Position numbers and translations under genes: made by a program
Source of the DNA: Acidobacteriota bacterium
Lineage (GTDB): Bacteria > Acidobacteriota > Terriglobia > Bryobacterales > Bryobacteraceae
Assembly (NCBI GenBank): GCA_016215215.1
Contig: JACRKW010000030.1
Span: 1-55,271, forward strand
Length of the DNA: 55,271 nt
Direction of reading: 5' to 3'
Notes under the pieces: model-generated
Database searches by the model: none
What the model saw: the letters and a program-made list of their open reading frames with translations, nothing else
Told to the model about the DNA's origin: nothing
In this document: positions 1-10,059 of the stretch, piece after piece
Layout of the letters: each line of letters opens with the position of its first letter
Numbering within the stretch: position 1 is the first letter of the stretch

Positions 1-591
1 TTCGAGATCCTCGACCTGCTCATCACCCTCACCCAGCAGATGGTGGACGGCGCACTGCTCCAGCTTGAGCGCATCGGCAAGATCGACATCTCCGAGGCGG
101 ACTCCATGGAGCTGATCGATCGCAAGACCGCCAGCCTGTTTGCCGCCTGCACGCGCCTCGGCGCCATCTCCGCCGGCGTCACCGAAGAGCAGCAATCCAT
201 CCTCGGCGAGTTCGGCTGGAACCTCGGCATGGCCTTCCAGCTCGTCGACGACATCCTGGACTTCACCTCCCGCGAGGCCGTCCTCGGCAAGCCGGTCGGC
301 AACGACCTGCGCGAGGGCAAGGTCACCCTGCCTCTGATCTACGCCCTGGAAGACGCTTCGCCCGCCGACCGCGCGCGCATCCAGACCGTCCTCACCGACG
401 GCAACTACGAGCGCGTCCACTTCGAAGAGATTCTGGCCATCCTCGACCGCCACCAGGGCATCGAACGCGCGCGCGCACGCGCCCAGGAGTTCACCGCCAA
501 GGCCCGCGCCATTCTTGCCGGCTTCCCCGACTGTCCCGCCCGCACCGCCCTTTTCGCCGCCACCGACCTGGTCGCCGACCGCGACCGCTAA
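1..591 (+). CDS. Polyprenyl diphosphate synthase (IspB-like), 5' end outside window
   Basis: KTASLF, second Asp-rich motif FQLVDDILD, GKPVGNDLREGKVTLP; frame open from base 1. Confidence 0.92.
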   Translation, partial: FEILDLLITLTQQMVDGALLQLERIGKIDISEADSMELIDRKTASLFAACTRLGAISAGVTEEQQSILGEFGWNLGMAFQLVDDILDFTSREAVLGKPVGNDLREGKVTLPLIYALEDASPADRARIQTVLTDGNYERVHFEEILAILDRHQGIERARARAQEFTAKARAILAGFPDCPARTALFAATDLVADRDR

Positions 592-608
592 CGCATACAC
601 TGGTCGAA

Positions 609-2444
609 GTGCTCCGCCGCCAGTTTGCTTTCACGCCTGCCCTCGCGGCGGCCTCCTGCGCCCGTCAGGTCGAACCCACCGGCTGGCCTGCGAGGTGGGA
701 TCGCATCCTCGTCCGCAAGGCGGTGGAGGCGTCAGACCATCGCTACGACCCCGACAAGGCCATGATCCAGGCCATCCTCGGCCCCGAGTACCGCTACCAT
801 ACCCGCCTCCGGGAATGCCGCGCCCATCCCACGCGCGACTCGCTCGACTACGCCCTGCTGCTTCTGGAAGAGAGCTCCAAGCCCCGGGTGGCCCGTGCCC
901 AGGCCATCCTCGACCGCGTCCTCAATCTCCAGGTCGTCGACCCATCCAGCAAGTGGTACGGCATCTGGGGCTGGTACATGGAGGAGCCGCCGGACAAGAT
1001 GGCGCCGGCCGACTGGAACTGGGCCGACTTCAACGGCTCGCTGCTCCTGCTCACCGAGTTCCGCCACGGCGCCAGGCTCGGCGACGCGCTCCGCGCCCGT
1101 GTCCGCGAGGCCATCCGCCACGCCGCCTACTCGGTGATGCGGCGCAACGTCTCGATGTCCTACACCAACATCGCCGTCAAGGGCACCTTCGTCACGCTGG
1201 CCGCCTCCGAGCTGCTCGCGGACTCCGAACTCGGCGCCTATGCACACGACCGCATCGTGCGCCTGGCCCGCGCCATCGACGAGACGGGCAGCTTCGCGGA
1301 ATACAACTCGCCCACCTATGCCCGCGTCTCCATCACCAACCTCACCCGCATCCGGATGTACGTCAAGGACGCCGGGGCCCGCCGCCGCGCGGCGCTGATT
1401 GAGAACCGCTTCTGGCTCCACCTGGCCTCCCATTGGGACGCCGCCCGCCGGCAGTTCACCGGCCCCATGAGCCGCTGCTACTCCAACGACACCGGCTACC
1501 CGGTCTGGATCGAGAAGGCACTCGGCGGGCGTCTCGGCCTCGCCAATCCGGAGAACCGCTCCGCGCCGGCCGGCGGCAACGACGGCGAAACCGGCATCCA
1601 CGACTACCTCTGCCCGGCCGGGCTCATCCCTCGCTTCCTTACGCCCGCGCCCGGCGTCGAGCACCGCGAACTGTTCATCGCCCGGCCCGCCACCAGCGGC
1701 ACATCCTGGTTCGGCCGCGGCTTCTCCATCGGCACGGCCAACCGCTCTGACTTCTGGGTCCAGCGCCGCCCCCTCATCGGCTATTTCGGCGACGCGTCTC
1801 GCCCGGCGCGCGTCATCCAGCCTCGCGTCATCAAGGACGGCTACGACTTTTCCTCCGCCCTCTTCTTCTCCGTCCAGCAAGGCCCGCGCGTCCTCGGGCT
1901 GGTGAACTTCCGCAACCCCGGCGGCGACAAACACATCTCGCTCGACCCCATCAAAGACGGCCGCTTCGAGTGCGGCCGCCTCTTCCTGGAGCTCGACTTC
2001 GAAGGCCTGCCTGATGGCTTTACGGCCGATGCCGCCGGCGGCGTCCTGCGGCTCAAGTCCTCGCTCCTCCAGGCGCGCTTCCAGGTCATCTCGGCCCGCT
2101 TCGGATCGCACCAGCCTGAGATGAAGCTCACGCCCTCGACGCAGAGCCTCACCGTCACGCTCGACTTCAAACCCGCTGACGCGCCGCGCCTGGTCCGCTG
2201 GAGCGACATTGCCGACGCCCACGCGGCTTTCGCGCTCGAACTGACCGATGCCGATGGAGCGTTCACCGCTCCGGTGCCGGCCGCGCGCCACGTCGACGAC
2301 CTCATCCACCTCGCCTGGGGGCCGCTCGAGCTGACGGGCTCGACGCGCGTCGCCACGGCGGGGGAACAGAATGACGCTTTCATCGAGCGCATCAGCGGCC
2401 GCCCGGTCGCACCGGTGCGCCTCAGCCAGGACCCTTTGGAATAA
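609..2444 (+). CDS. Exported hypothetical protein, possibly heparinase II/III-like (Tat/lipoprotein signal)
   Basis: MLRRQF twin-Arg plus AAASC lipobox-like; helical N half with EYNSPTY, beta-rich C half. Confidence 0.6.
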   Translation: MLRRQFAFTPALAAASCARQVEPTGWPARWDRILVRKAVEASDHRYDPDKAMIQAILGPEYRYHTRLRECRAHPTRDSLDYALLLLEESSKPRVARAQAILDRVLNLQVVDPSSKWYGIWGWYMEEPPDKMAPADWNWADFNGSLLLLTEFRHGARLGDALRARVREAIRHAAYSVMRRNVSMSYTNIAVKGTFVTLAASELLADSELGAYAHDRIVRLARAIDETGSFAEYNSPTYARVSITNLTRIRMYVKDAGARRRAALIENRFWLHLASHWDAARRQFTGPMSRCYSNDTGYPVWIEKALGGRLGLANPENRSAPAGGNDGETGIHDYLCPAGLIPRFLTPAPGVEHRELFIARPATSGTSWFGRGFSIGTANRSDFWVQRRPLIGYFGDASRPARVIQPRVIKDGYDFSSALFFSVQQGPRVLGLVNFRNPGGDKHISLDPIKDGRFECGRLFLELDFEGLPDGFTADAAGGVLRLKSSLLQARFQVISARFGSHQPEMKLTPSTQSLTVTLDFKPADAPRLVRWSDIADAHAAFALELTDADGAFTAPVPAARHVDDLIHLAWGPLELTGSTRVATAGEQNDAFIERISGRPVAPVRLSQDPLE

Positions 2445-2458
2445 CATAGGAGACCACC

Positions 2459-3292
2459 ATGATCACCCGACGACACCTCCTCGCAGCCGCTCCCGCCGCC
2501 CTGGCGGCAACCGCCTGGGCCAAGAAGAGCAAGCTCCGCATCGGCGTCACCGACTGGAACCTGCGCCTCTCCGGCAAGATAGAGGCCGTGGAACTAGCCG
2601 CGCGCCTCGGATTCCAGGGCGTCGAGGTGAGCCTCGGCCGCACACCGGTGGACGGCAAGTTGCACCTGGACAACGCCGAGTTGCAGCAGCAGTACCTGGC
2701 CGCCGCCAAGAAACAGAAGATCGCGCTGGCGGGCACCTGCCTGGACATCCTGCACGTCAACTGCGGCAAGAACGACAAACTGGCGCTGAAGTGGATCGCC
2801 GACGGCATCCCCATCACCAAGAAACTGAAGGCCAGGGTCATGCTCATGCCCTTCTTCGGCCCGTGTGCGCTGGCCACGGCGGCGGATTTCGACTATGTCG
2901 GCGACGCGCTCCGCGAACTGGGCCAGGAGGCTGAGAAGGCCGGCGTGCTGCTGGGCCTGGAGAACACCATCTCAGCCAGGGACAACGTGCGGATCATGGA
3001 GCGCTCCCGCAGCAAGGCCGTGCAGGTCTATTACGACGTCGGCAACTCCACCAGGGCCGGCCACGACATCCTGGCCGAGATCCCTTGGCTCGGCGCCTCG
3101 CGGATCTGCCAGTTCCATCTGAAGGACCAGGGTTACATGGGCGAGGGCAAGATCGACTTCCCGGAGGTCATGAAGAGGATCATGGATCTCGGCTTCACGG
3201 GCTTCGCGAACCTGGAGACCGGTTCACCCTCCAAGTCGATCGAGAATGACATGAAGCGTAACCTGAACTTTGTCCGCGGGTTGATCGGGTGA
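2459..3292 (+). CDS. Sugar phosphate isomerase/epimerase (xylose isomerase-like TIM barrel), Tat-exported
   Basis: TRRHLL signal; LEN, YYDVGN, FHLKD, NLET metal motifs; RBS AGGAG. Confidence 0.88.
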   Translation: MITRRHLLAAAPAALAATAWAKKSKLRIGVTDWNLRLSGKIEAVELAARLGFQGVEVSLGRTPVDGKLHLDNAELQQQYLAAAKKQKIALAGTCLDILHVNCGKNDKLALKWIADGIPITKKLKARVMLMPFFGPCALATAADFDYVGDALRELGQEAEKAGVLLGLENTISARDNVRIMERSRSKAVQVYYDVGNSTRAGHDILAEIPWLGASRICQFHLKDQGYMGEGKIDFPEVMKRIMDLGFTGFANLETGSPSKSIENDMKRNLNFVRGLIG

Positions 3293-3468
3293 AGGGGGGG
3301 CAGAATGAAAACCCTTGCAGGATCAATCAAGTCAGTGACACGTGACATAGGTGGCACGACGCGCAGAAGGGGACATCCCCATCCTTAGCAGGGTGATTCC
3401 AGATGGAGGCGAGGTTGATATTAAGGCGGGTAAATGCAACAAAAATAGTGTCTTGCTGCTCTTCCCAC

Positions 3469-3497
3469 TTGACTATGCAAGCGCTTCAGTTTACAGT
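3469..3497 (+). promoter_or_regulatory. Sigma-70-type promoter of carD
   Basis: TTGACT-17 nt-TACAGT about 60 bp upstream of the ATG. Confidence 0.55.
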
Positions 3498-3558
3498 TGG
3501 GTACTACTCCATGTAGATTCTTGAGACAACTCCACGAAGGTGGCAGCGAGGTCCGTGA

Positions 3559-4068
3559 ATGACCTTTCAAGTCGGCGAGAAGGTCGTCTACCCGAACCAT
3601 GGGGTGGGCACAATCGAGAACATCAGTTCCCGTTCCTTCGGCACCCAAGCCGAGCGGTTTTACCTGCTCAAGCTTTCCTCGAACAGTCTGACGGTGATGG
3701 TCCCGTTTTCCCATGTGGATCAAGTGGGACTGCGCAAGGTCACGCGGAACGGCGAGATCGCTAAAGTATTGAATTATTTGGCCTGTGGGGACAGCAAGGG
3801 CTGCCAGGACTGGAAGGACCGGTTCAAGGAGAACTCGGCCAAGATGCAGAGCGGCAGTCTGCTGGAGGTAGCCGAGGTGTTGAAGTGCCTGGCACGCCTT
3901 CAGGCCGTGAAGCCTCTTTCCTTCCGGGAGAAGAAGATGCTGGACCGTGCCCGGATCATGCTGGTTGCCGAGCTGGCCACCTCACGCGGGCTGCGAGAGC
4001 CCGAAGCGGTCGATCTGTTGAACAAGTCCCTGGCGAAGTCCAACCTCAAGTTCCCCGAGCCGCTGTAG
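3559..4068 (+). CDS. carD: CarD/CdnL family transcription factor
   Basis: FQVGEKVVYPNHGVG, conserved W in WKDR, LSFREKKML. Confidence 0.92.
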   Translation: MTFQVGEKVVYPNHGVGTIENISSRSFGTQAERFYLLKLSSNSLTVMVPFSHVDQVGLRKVTRNGEIAKVLNYLACGDSKGCQDWKDRFKENSAKMQSGSLLEVAEVLKCLARLQAVKPLSFREKKMLDRARIMLVAELATSRGLREPEAVDLLNKSLAKSNLKFPEPL

Positions 4069-4188
4069 GCCGCTCAGGTGTTTCACTGAGGGTCGTTCGA
4101 GATTCAAGCCCCCCATCTCAGCGAAAGCCCGCATAGCCTTCCATCGCCATCACGCCGATGATTTTGGTGGAAGGACACTGACCCTCGC

Positions 4189-6633
4189 ATGCGCTGTCTG
4201 CACTGCGGCAAGAGACTATCGCTGCTACGCAAGTTCTCGGACGGCGAATTCTGTTCGACGGACCACCGCCAGCTATTCCAGCAGCAACAGAGCGACCTGG
4301 CGCTGGCGCGGCTGATCGAATCGCAGAGCCGGATTCAGCATCCGAAGCCTGCCAGGCCGGAGCGTGAGAAACCGAAGGCCGCAAAACCCAAGCTGCCGAG
4401 CGCCGACGCAGTGTTTCCCGAAGCTCCTCCTCTGCCGGAGTGGTTCACCCCTGTGAACCAACGGGTCGTCTTCACCGCTGAACTGGTTCCGCAGACGCCG
4501 CCGCGCACAACCCCTTGGCCCGAGCCGGATCTCAGGATGGCGCTGGGAGAGTTCCCCCAGCCCGGGACCGTGGAGATGATCGGCGCCCAACCCGCGTCGG
4601 CAAGTGCGATACGCCAGGTGGAGGCGTGTTCACTGCATGAATGTCCCGCGCCGGCTGGTGAGCTTGTGCTGGCGCCGGCTCAGGGAGCGGAGCTTGAAGT
4701 AGCCACAATCGGAATGGTTGCGCTACCCAAGCGGGCGCCGGTGGCGGCTGCGGTGCAGACTGCCGCGATGGGATGCGAGCCGCTTGCGCCGGAGGAAGAG
4801 ATCCAGACCCCCGTTGCGGGGCTGTCGGTGGAACGGGAGCGGACAGAGCCGGCCGATGGCGAACCTGAAAGCCTTGTGCTGAGCCTGCTGCCCTTGGTGA
4901 GAGCGGTGGGCACACAGGTGCAGATCGAGCTGCCGGGCATCCAACAGCCAGCCGCAGAGAGACCGATAGCGGCAGCGGCGAGCCCGGAGTACGGGAGCGA
5001 GAGCCTGGAGCCGGTGTTGGCGGGCGCTCAGGCGGTGGCCAAGCGGGAGTTTGGACTACGGTCCAGCAAGCGTATGGCGCGCGTGGCAACTCGGGCTGCG
5101 CGGCCACGGGCGATGGCAGCGGTGGTAGGCGTCTCTCAAGGTCCGGTGGAGAGTGGCTGGGAGCCCGGGACTCCGCGACTCCAGGCGACAGGCGGGGAGT
5201 GTGGATGGCGATCTGAGAGCGGGCTGGAGCCGGTAGGCACGGCCCTGGCCATCGTACCTCGCGTTGTGGCTTACGGGGCGTGGCCATGCGGGGCAGAGAT
5301 GGAGCCGGACTACCCGGCGGCGCGTCTGGAGCTGCAGGCGCCGGAGCCGCCGCCCGAGTGCGAGCAGCCGGCCTGCGTGGTGCGGATGGTGGAGGAGCCT
5401 ATTCATCCGATTGAAGACAGCGAACCGGCGGCGCCGGCGGCGCCGCTCAACCAGATTCCGCTGCAAACCAGCGGCGGTGTGGCAGGAGCGCCGGCCGAGC
5501 CCGAGGTACCAACCTGCACGGTGCGGATGGCGGAGGAGCCGACTCATCCAAGCGAAGACAACGAACCGGCGGCGCCGGCAGCGCTGCTCAACCAGATATC
5601 GCTGCAAACCAGCCGTGGTGTGGAAGCACCGCCGCCAATCCCGCGCCGGTCGAAGGAAGCGCAGGAGCCGGTTTGGACGGATTCGGCAAGCGCACGCCCG
5701 CTGCACCCGACTTCGCGGCTCACGATCGATCACGCCGACGGATCCGGCGCCCGCGAAGCCGCGCGGACGACAACGCGCAAGAAGAAGCCCAGCAAGTTCC
5801 TGCTGGGTGGGCGTCATCTTCCGGGGCATCGGTTCTGGCGCCATGCGCCGGCGGACCTGAAATGGGTAGCGTTGGGCTTGCCGCTACTGCTCTTGCTGGT
5901 GGTGTACAGCATCAGGGGCGGCGCGTCGAAGCAGGAGGCGGTTGGGGAGACCGGCCAGGCGACGGTGGCCGCACAAGGAAAGACGGTGATCGGTGGGCAA
6001 CTGAACACGCTGCAGAAGGTGATCATGAGCCGGGCGGCTGTGAAGTTGTTCGACGATTTCCGCGGCGGGCTGAGCGCCTGGGAAGGTCCGGAAGGCTGGT
6101 CGAAGACCTGGCGCTACGGACAGGCAAGCTTCCTGGAGCCTGGGATGCTGGCTCTCTACACACCCACATTGGGGATGCGCGACTACACGATGCAGTTCCT
6201 GGGCCAGATCGACAAGAAGAGCCTGAATTGGGTGTTTCGTGCGCGTGATGGGAAGAACTACTACGCCATGCGGCTGGTGATTACCAAAGAAGGACCACTG
6301 CCGTCGGCGAGCATGGTGCGGTACGCCGTGGTTGACGGCAAGGAGCAGGACCTGAAGACTCTGCCCATTCCGTTCCCGGTGCGCAGCGACACGCTGTACC
6401 ATGTGCGGATGGATGTGCAGGGAGACAGTTTCGTCACCTACATCCAGGGGTCGGTGGTGGACCACTTCGAAGACAAGCGGTTTGGGGAAGGCGGGGTTGG
6501 CTTCTTCAGCCCGAAGGGCGAGCGGAGCTACCTGCGGTGGGTGGAGGTGACCCACCAGTATGACTACATCGGGCGGCTATGCGCACTGCTGGCGCCCTAC
6601 CACATGCAGGGCGAAGGGAAGAAGACAGACTAA
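4189..6633 (+). CDS. Single-pass membrane protein: N-terminal Zn finger, long Pro/Ala/Glu linker, TM helix, C-terminal ConA/DUF1080-like beta sandwich
   Basis: MRCLHCGK...GEFCSTDHR; WVALGLPLLLLLVVYSI TM; YHVRMDVQG...GGVGFF. Confidence 0.7.
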   Translation: MRCLHCGKRLSLLRKFSDGEFCSTDHRQLFQQQQSDLALARLIESQSRIQHPKPARPEREKPKAAKPKLPSADAVFPEAPPLPEWFTPVNQRVVFTAELVPQTPPRTTPWPEPDLRMALGEFPQPGTVEMIGAQPASASAIRQVEACSLHECPAPAGELVLAPAQGAELEVATIGMVALPKRAPVAAAVQTAAMGCEPLAPEEEIQTPVAGLSVERERTEPADGEPESLVLSLLPLVRAVGTQVQIELPGIQQPAAERPIAAAASPEYGSESLEPVLAGAQAVAKREFGLRSSKRMARVATRAARPRAMAAVVGVSQGPVESGWEPGTPRLQATGGECGWRSESGLEPVGTALAIVPRVVAYGAWPCGAEMEPDYPAARLELQAPEPPPECEQPACVVRMVEEPIHPIEDSEPAAPAAPLNQIPLQTSGGVAGAPAEPEVPTCTVRMAEEPTHPSEDNEPAAPAALLNQISLQTSRGVEAPPPIPRRSKEAQEPVWTDSASARPLHPTSRLTIDHADGSGAREAARTTTRKKKPSKFLLGGRHLPGHRFWRHAPADLKWVALGLPLLLLLVVYSIRGGASKQEAVGETGQATVAAQGKTVIGGQLNTLQKVIMSRAAVKLFDDFRGGLSAWEGPEGWSKTWRYGQASFLEPGMLALYTPTLGMRDYTMQFLGQIDKKSLNWVFRARDGKNYYAMRLVITKEGPLPSASMVRYAVVDGKEQDLKTLPIPFPVRSDTLYHVRMDVQGDSFVTYIQGSVVDHFEDKRFGEGGVGFFSPKGERSYLRWVEVTHQYDYIGRLCALLAPYHMQGEGKKTD
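5368..5626 (+). repeat. Imperfect 141-bp (47 aa) tandem duplication inside the Zn-finger protein
   Basis: GTGCGGATGG at 5380 and 5521; VRMxEEPxHPxEDxEPAAPAAxLNQIxLQTS twice. Confidence 0.9.
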
Positions 6634-6651
6634 GCGGAGAGAGGGAGAGGG

Positions 6652-8259
6652 TTGAACGAAATGCGTGAATCAAACAAGAACAAAGAGACTCAGGCAACGA
6701 TCGACGGGGGAACGGCTCTAGCGAGGGCTGTATCGCTGCACCTTGAGGGGAAGGGCAAGGAGGCTCTTCGCGAACTGGACCGGGCGGTAGAGTCGGGGGA
6801 TCCGGCGCGGGAAGTGTACGCCGCCAAGGGGCACATCCAGTTTGAGCTGGAGATGTACGAGGAGGCGGTGAAGAGTTACGAAGGGCTGATCAGCCTGGAC
6901 CCGAACTCCACATCGGCGTACTTCAACCTGGCGGTCTCTCAGGAGAAGCTGGGGCGCTGGAACGAGGCCGCGGCCAATTTCCAACGGACGCTGTCGACGG
7001 ACCCCGGGCGAGCGGATGCGCGGCTGGGCCTCGGCATCTGCCTGCTGCACGCCAAGAACCCGGACAAGGCGTTGGAGTGTTTCGACCACTGCATGGGGAA
7101 GACGCCGAACGAAGAAACGCCGATGTTCGGCAAGGCGGTGGCGCTGGAACTTCTTGCCCGGTACGATGAGGCGCTGGAGCTGTACAAGCAGATTGTCGCG
7201 GCCAATCCGAACGCCGAAGAGCCGATGGCGAACATGGTGCACATCGGCATGCGGAAGGGCGACCTGGAACTGGTTCGCGACACCAGCGAACGGCTGCTGA
7301 CGCTGCGGCCTTTCTCCCAGGCGGCGCTGGAGGGGCTGGCGTGGTGCGCGTTCGCGGGCGAGGACTACGAAGCTGCATCGAAGTATTGCGCCAAGCTGGT
7401 GGAACTGACGCCGGAGCACTTCGAACGGCGTTACAACCTGGGCGTGGCCTATCAGAAACTGAACAAGCTGGACCAGGCCGAGAAGGCGTATTTCGAGGCT
7501 TCGAGACTGCGGCAGGATCACGCGCAGACCTGGGCGAACCTCGGCGTAGTCAGGCAGGGACAGGATAACGCCAAGGGCGCCAGGGAGGCGTACGAGACGG
7601 CGTTGCGGCTCAAGTCCGATGTGCCGGAGGTTCTGTCGAACCTGGCCGGACTGCTGGAAGAACAGGGGATGACATCGGAGGCCGAGGAGTTGTATGTGCG
7701 GCTCTTGCAGAAGAGCCCGGAGTGGGACGACGCGTGGTTCCGGCTGGGCTATATCCGACTGACCCGCGGGGACGCGCAGGGAGCGATTGAGGCATTCGAT
7801 CGCTGCGTGCAACGCAAGGCGGATTGGGCGGAGGCGCACATCAACCTGGGACTGGCCTTCAAGCAGATTTCCGAGATCGAGAAGGCATCCTTGCACTTCG
7901 ACAAGGCTCTGGGGATCAAAGGCGACAGCGTGGAGGCGCTGCGCGGGCTGGCGGCTCTGGCAATCGAGCGGCAGGACCATCAGAAAGCGCTGGAACTGCA
8001 AGGCAAGCTCATCGACATGGGTGAGCGCAGCCCGGAGCTGTTCTACAACACCGGCCTGCTGCTGCAGAAGCAGGGTCAGGTGGAGGATGCAGTGGCGTTA
8101 TACCGGGAGGCCCTGGGGCTACGGCCGAACTTCCCGGAGGCGCTGCTGAACCTGGGCCACGCCCTGAAGTCGCAGGGGCGAGCCGAAGAGGCGCGCACGT
8201 GCTGGCGGCAGGCGCTGGAGATGAAGCCCGAGCTGGCTCAAGGGTATTTCGGCAACTGA
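6652..8259 (+). CDS. Multi-TPR repeat protein
   Basis: Many 34-aa repeats (AYFNLA, RYNLG, AWFRLG, ALLNLG); start may be ATG 6661. Confidence 0.92.
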   Translation: MNEMRESNKNKETQATIDGGTALARAVSLHLEGKGKEALRELDRAVESGDPAREVYAAKGHIQFELEMYEEAVKSYEGLISLDPNSTSAYFNLAVSQEKLGRWNEAAANFQRTLSTDPGRADARLGLGICLLHAKNPDKALECFDHCMGKTPNEETPMFGKAVALELLARYDEALELYKQIVAANPNAEEPMANMVHIGMRKGDLELVRDTSERLLTLRPFSQAALEGLAWCAFAGEDYEAASKYCAKLVELTPEHFERRYNLGVAYQKLNKLDQAEKAYFEASRLRQDHAQTWANLGVVRQGQDNAKGAREAYETALRLKSDVPEVLSNLAGLLEEQGMTSEAEELYVRLLQKSPEWDDAWFRLGYIRLTRGDAQGAIEAFDRCVQRKADWAEAHINLGLAFKQISEIEKASLHFDKALGIKGDSVEALRGLAALAIERQDHQKALELQGKLIDMGERSPELFYNTGLLLQKQGQVEDAVALYREALGLRPNFPEALLNLGHALKSQGRAEEARTCWRQALEMKPELAQGYFGN

Positions 8260-8329
8260 CGGGGATGCCGTCGGACTGCGGTCCGGTAAAGATGAGGGTA
8301 GCTGGCCGTGACCGGCCTGCTACCCTTTC

Positions 8330-9334
8330 TTGTTGATGGACCACGAGACAGCGCCGCCGCGTAGTGGCGAAGAGATTGAAGCCGGTGCATTGTCTGCCTG
8401 GTTGGGCGAGCCGGCTGAGGTGAGGCAGTTCCCTGGCGGACATTCCAACCTCACCTACCTGGTTGTGACTCCGACCAGGGAGATGGTGCTGCGCCGGCCG
8501 CCGGCGGGTCCGGTGGCGATGAAAGCACACGACATGGGGCGGGAGTACCGTTTCTTGCGCGCGCTGCACCCGCACTTCGGACTGGCGCCAGCTCCGGTAG
8601 CGCTCTGTGAGGATGCCTCGGTCATCGGCTGTACGTTCTTCCTGATGGAACGCCGCCGCGGCCGGATTATGAGAGGAGAGCAGATTCCGGAAGAGGAGCG
8701 CGGGAGGGCGAGCCTAACGTTCGTGAGGACGCTGGTGGAATTGCACGCTGTGGACGCCCGGATTCCCGAAGTGGCCGAGCTGGGGAGGCCGGAGGGATTC
8801 CTGCGCCGGCAGGTGCAGGGGTGGGGGGAGCGATGGCAGCGATGCCGTCCGGAGACGGCGGCAGAGCTGGACCGCGCGCTGGTCCGGCTGGCGGAGAGCG
8901 TGCCGCGGGAGTCCGCCGCGGCGGTGATCCACAACGACTACAAGCTGGATAACCTGATGCTGGATCCCGGGCACGCGGGGAAAGCGGCGGCTCTACTGGA
9001 TTGGGAGATGGCGGCGCTGGGCGATCCGCTGTTTGACCTGGGAGTGGCGCTCACATATTGGAGCCACGCGGCGCTGCCAGGGTTGCTGACGCCGGCGCCG
9101 GGGTGGTGGACACGCGACGAGGTGGTGGAGCAATACACACGGCTCAGCGGGCGCGACGTAACAGAGCTTGGATGGCACGAAGCCTTCGGGGTGTTCAAGC
9201 TGGCGGTGATTGTCCAGCAGATCTACGGCCGGTGGCAGAGAGGCCAGACGAAAGATGAGCGCTTCTCTGGATTTGGTGAAATGGTAAAGGCGCTGGGAGC
9301 GCGGGTGTCGCAACTGCTGGAGCACGCACATTGA
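8330..9334 (+). CDS. APH/choline kinase-family phosphotransferase (ACAD10/11 N-terminal-like)
   Basis: GGHSNLTY, LRRPP, HNDYKLDN, LLDWE. Confidence 0.9.
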   Translation: MLMDHETAPPRSGEEIEAGALSAWLGEPAEVRQFPGGHSNLTYLVVTPTREMVLRRPPAGPVAMKAHDMGREYRFLRALHPHFGLAPAPVALCEDASVIGCTFFLMERRRGRIMRGEQIPEEERGRASLTFVRTLVELHAVDARIPEVAELGRPEGFLRRQVQGWGERWQRCRPETAAELDRALVRLAESVPRESAAAVIHNDYKLDNLMLDPGHAGKAAALLDWEMAALGDPLFDLGVALTYWSHAALPGLLTPAPGWWTRDEVVEQYTRLSGRDVTELGWHEAFGVFKLAVIVQQIYGRWQRGQTKDERFSGFGEMVKALGARVSQLLEHAH

Positions 9335-10050
9335 GCACAATCTACTTCTTCCGCCACGGACAAGCGGGCCAACGGGACGACTATGACCGGCTGTCCGAGC
9401 TGGGCCGCGAGCAGGCGAGGCTGTTGGGCGAGCACGTAGCCGGCTGGGGCGAGCGATTCCATCTGGCGCTGACGGGAGGCTTGCGAAGGCAGGCGGAGAC
9501 GGCCGAGGTGGCGCTGGAGAGGCTGGCGGCGAGCGGTTTGGCGCCGGCGGAAACGCGGGTGGACCCACGCTGGAGCGAGTTCGACCTGGACGCGGTGTAC
9601 AACGAGATCGCCCCGCGGATGGCGGCTGAAGACGAGGAGTTCAGGCTGGAGCACGAAGAGGTGCGGCGGCTGGTACGTGCGGGAGACGGGCACATTCACC
9701 GGCGGTGGACGGCGGCGGATTCGAAGGTGGTGAAGGCGTGGATCGCGGGCCGGTACGAGATCAAGGCGGAGAGCTGGCAGGAGTTTGCCGCGAGGGTACA
9801 AGAGGCGGGCAGGGAGTTCGGCGAGTTGCCGGAGGAGACGAAGGTAGCGGTGTTCACCTCGGCGACGCCGGCGGCGATCTGGGTGGCGGCCTCGTTTGGG
9901 AGCGAGCGGCCGCGACACGTGATGGGTTTGGCGGGGGCGGCGATCAACGCGAACATCACGGTTCTGAGGTGGCGTGATGGCGAGCCGCAGTTGCTGAGCT
10001 TCAACGGCGTGCCGCACTTGGGGGAGGCGCGGCTGCGCACCTTCCGGTAA
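9331..10050 (+). CDS. Histidine phosphatase family protein
   Basis: FRHGQ motif, LSELGREQA; overlaps upstream stop. Confidence 0.88.
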   Translation: MSTIYFFRHGQAGQRDDYDRLSELGREQARLLGEHVAGWGERFHLALTGGLRRQAETAEVALERLAASGLAPAETRVDPRWSEFDLDAVYNEIAPRMAAEDEEFRLEHEEVRRLVRAGDGHIHRRWTAADSKVVKAWIAGRYEIKAESWQEFAARVQEAGREFGELPEETKVAVFTSATPAAIWVAASFGSERPRHVMGLAGAAINANITVLRWRDGEPQLLSFNGVPHLGEARLRTFR

Positions 10051-10059
10051 ACTGGCCGC

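Noticed and set aside
732-2447. 571-aa minus-strand ORF and similar long antisense ORFs (6718-8001, 18654-20198, 43218-44546)
   Set aside because: Shadow frames of real high-GC genes with no motifs of their own
3352-3366. TGGCACG as a sigma-54 promoter
   Set aside because: No GC at the required GG-N10-GC spacing
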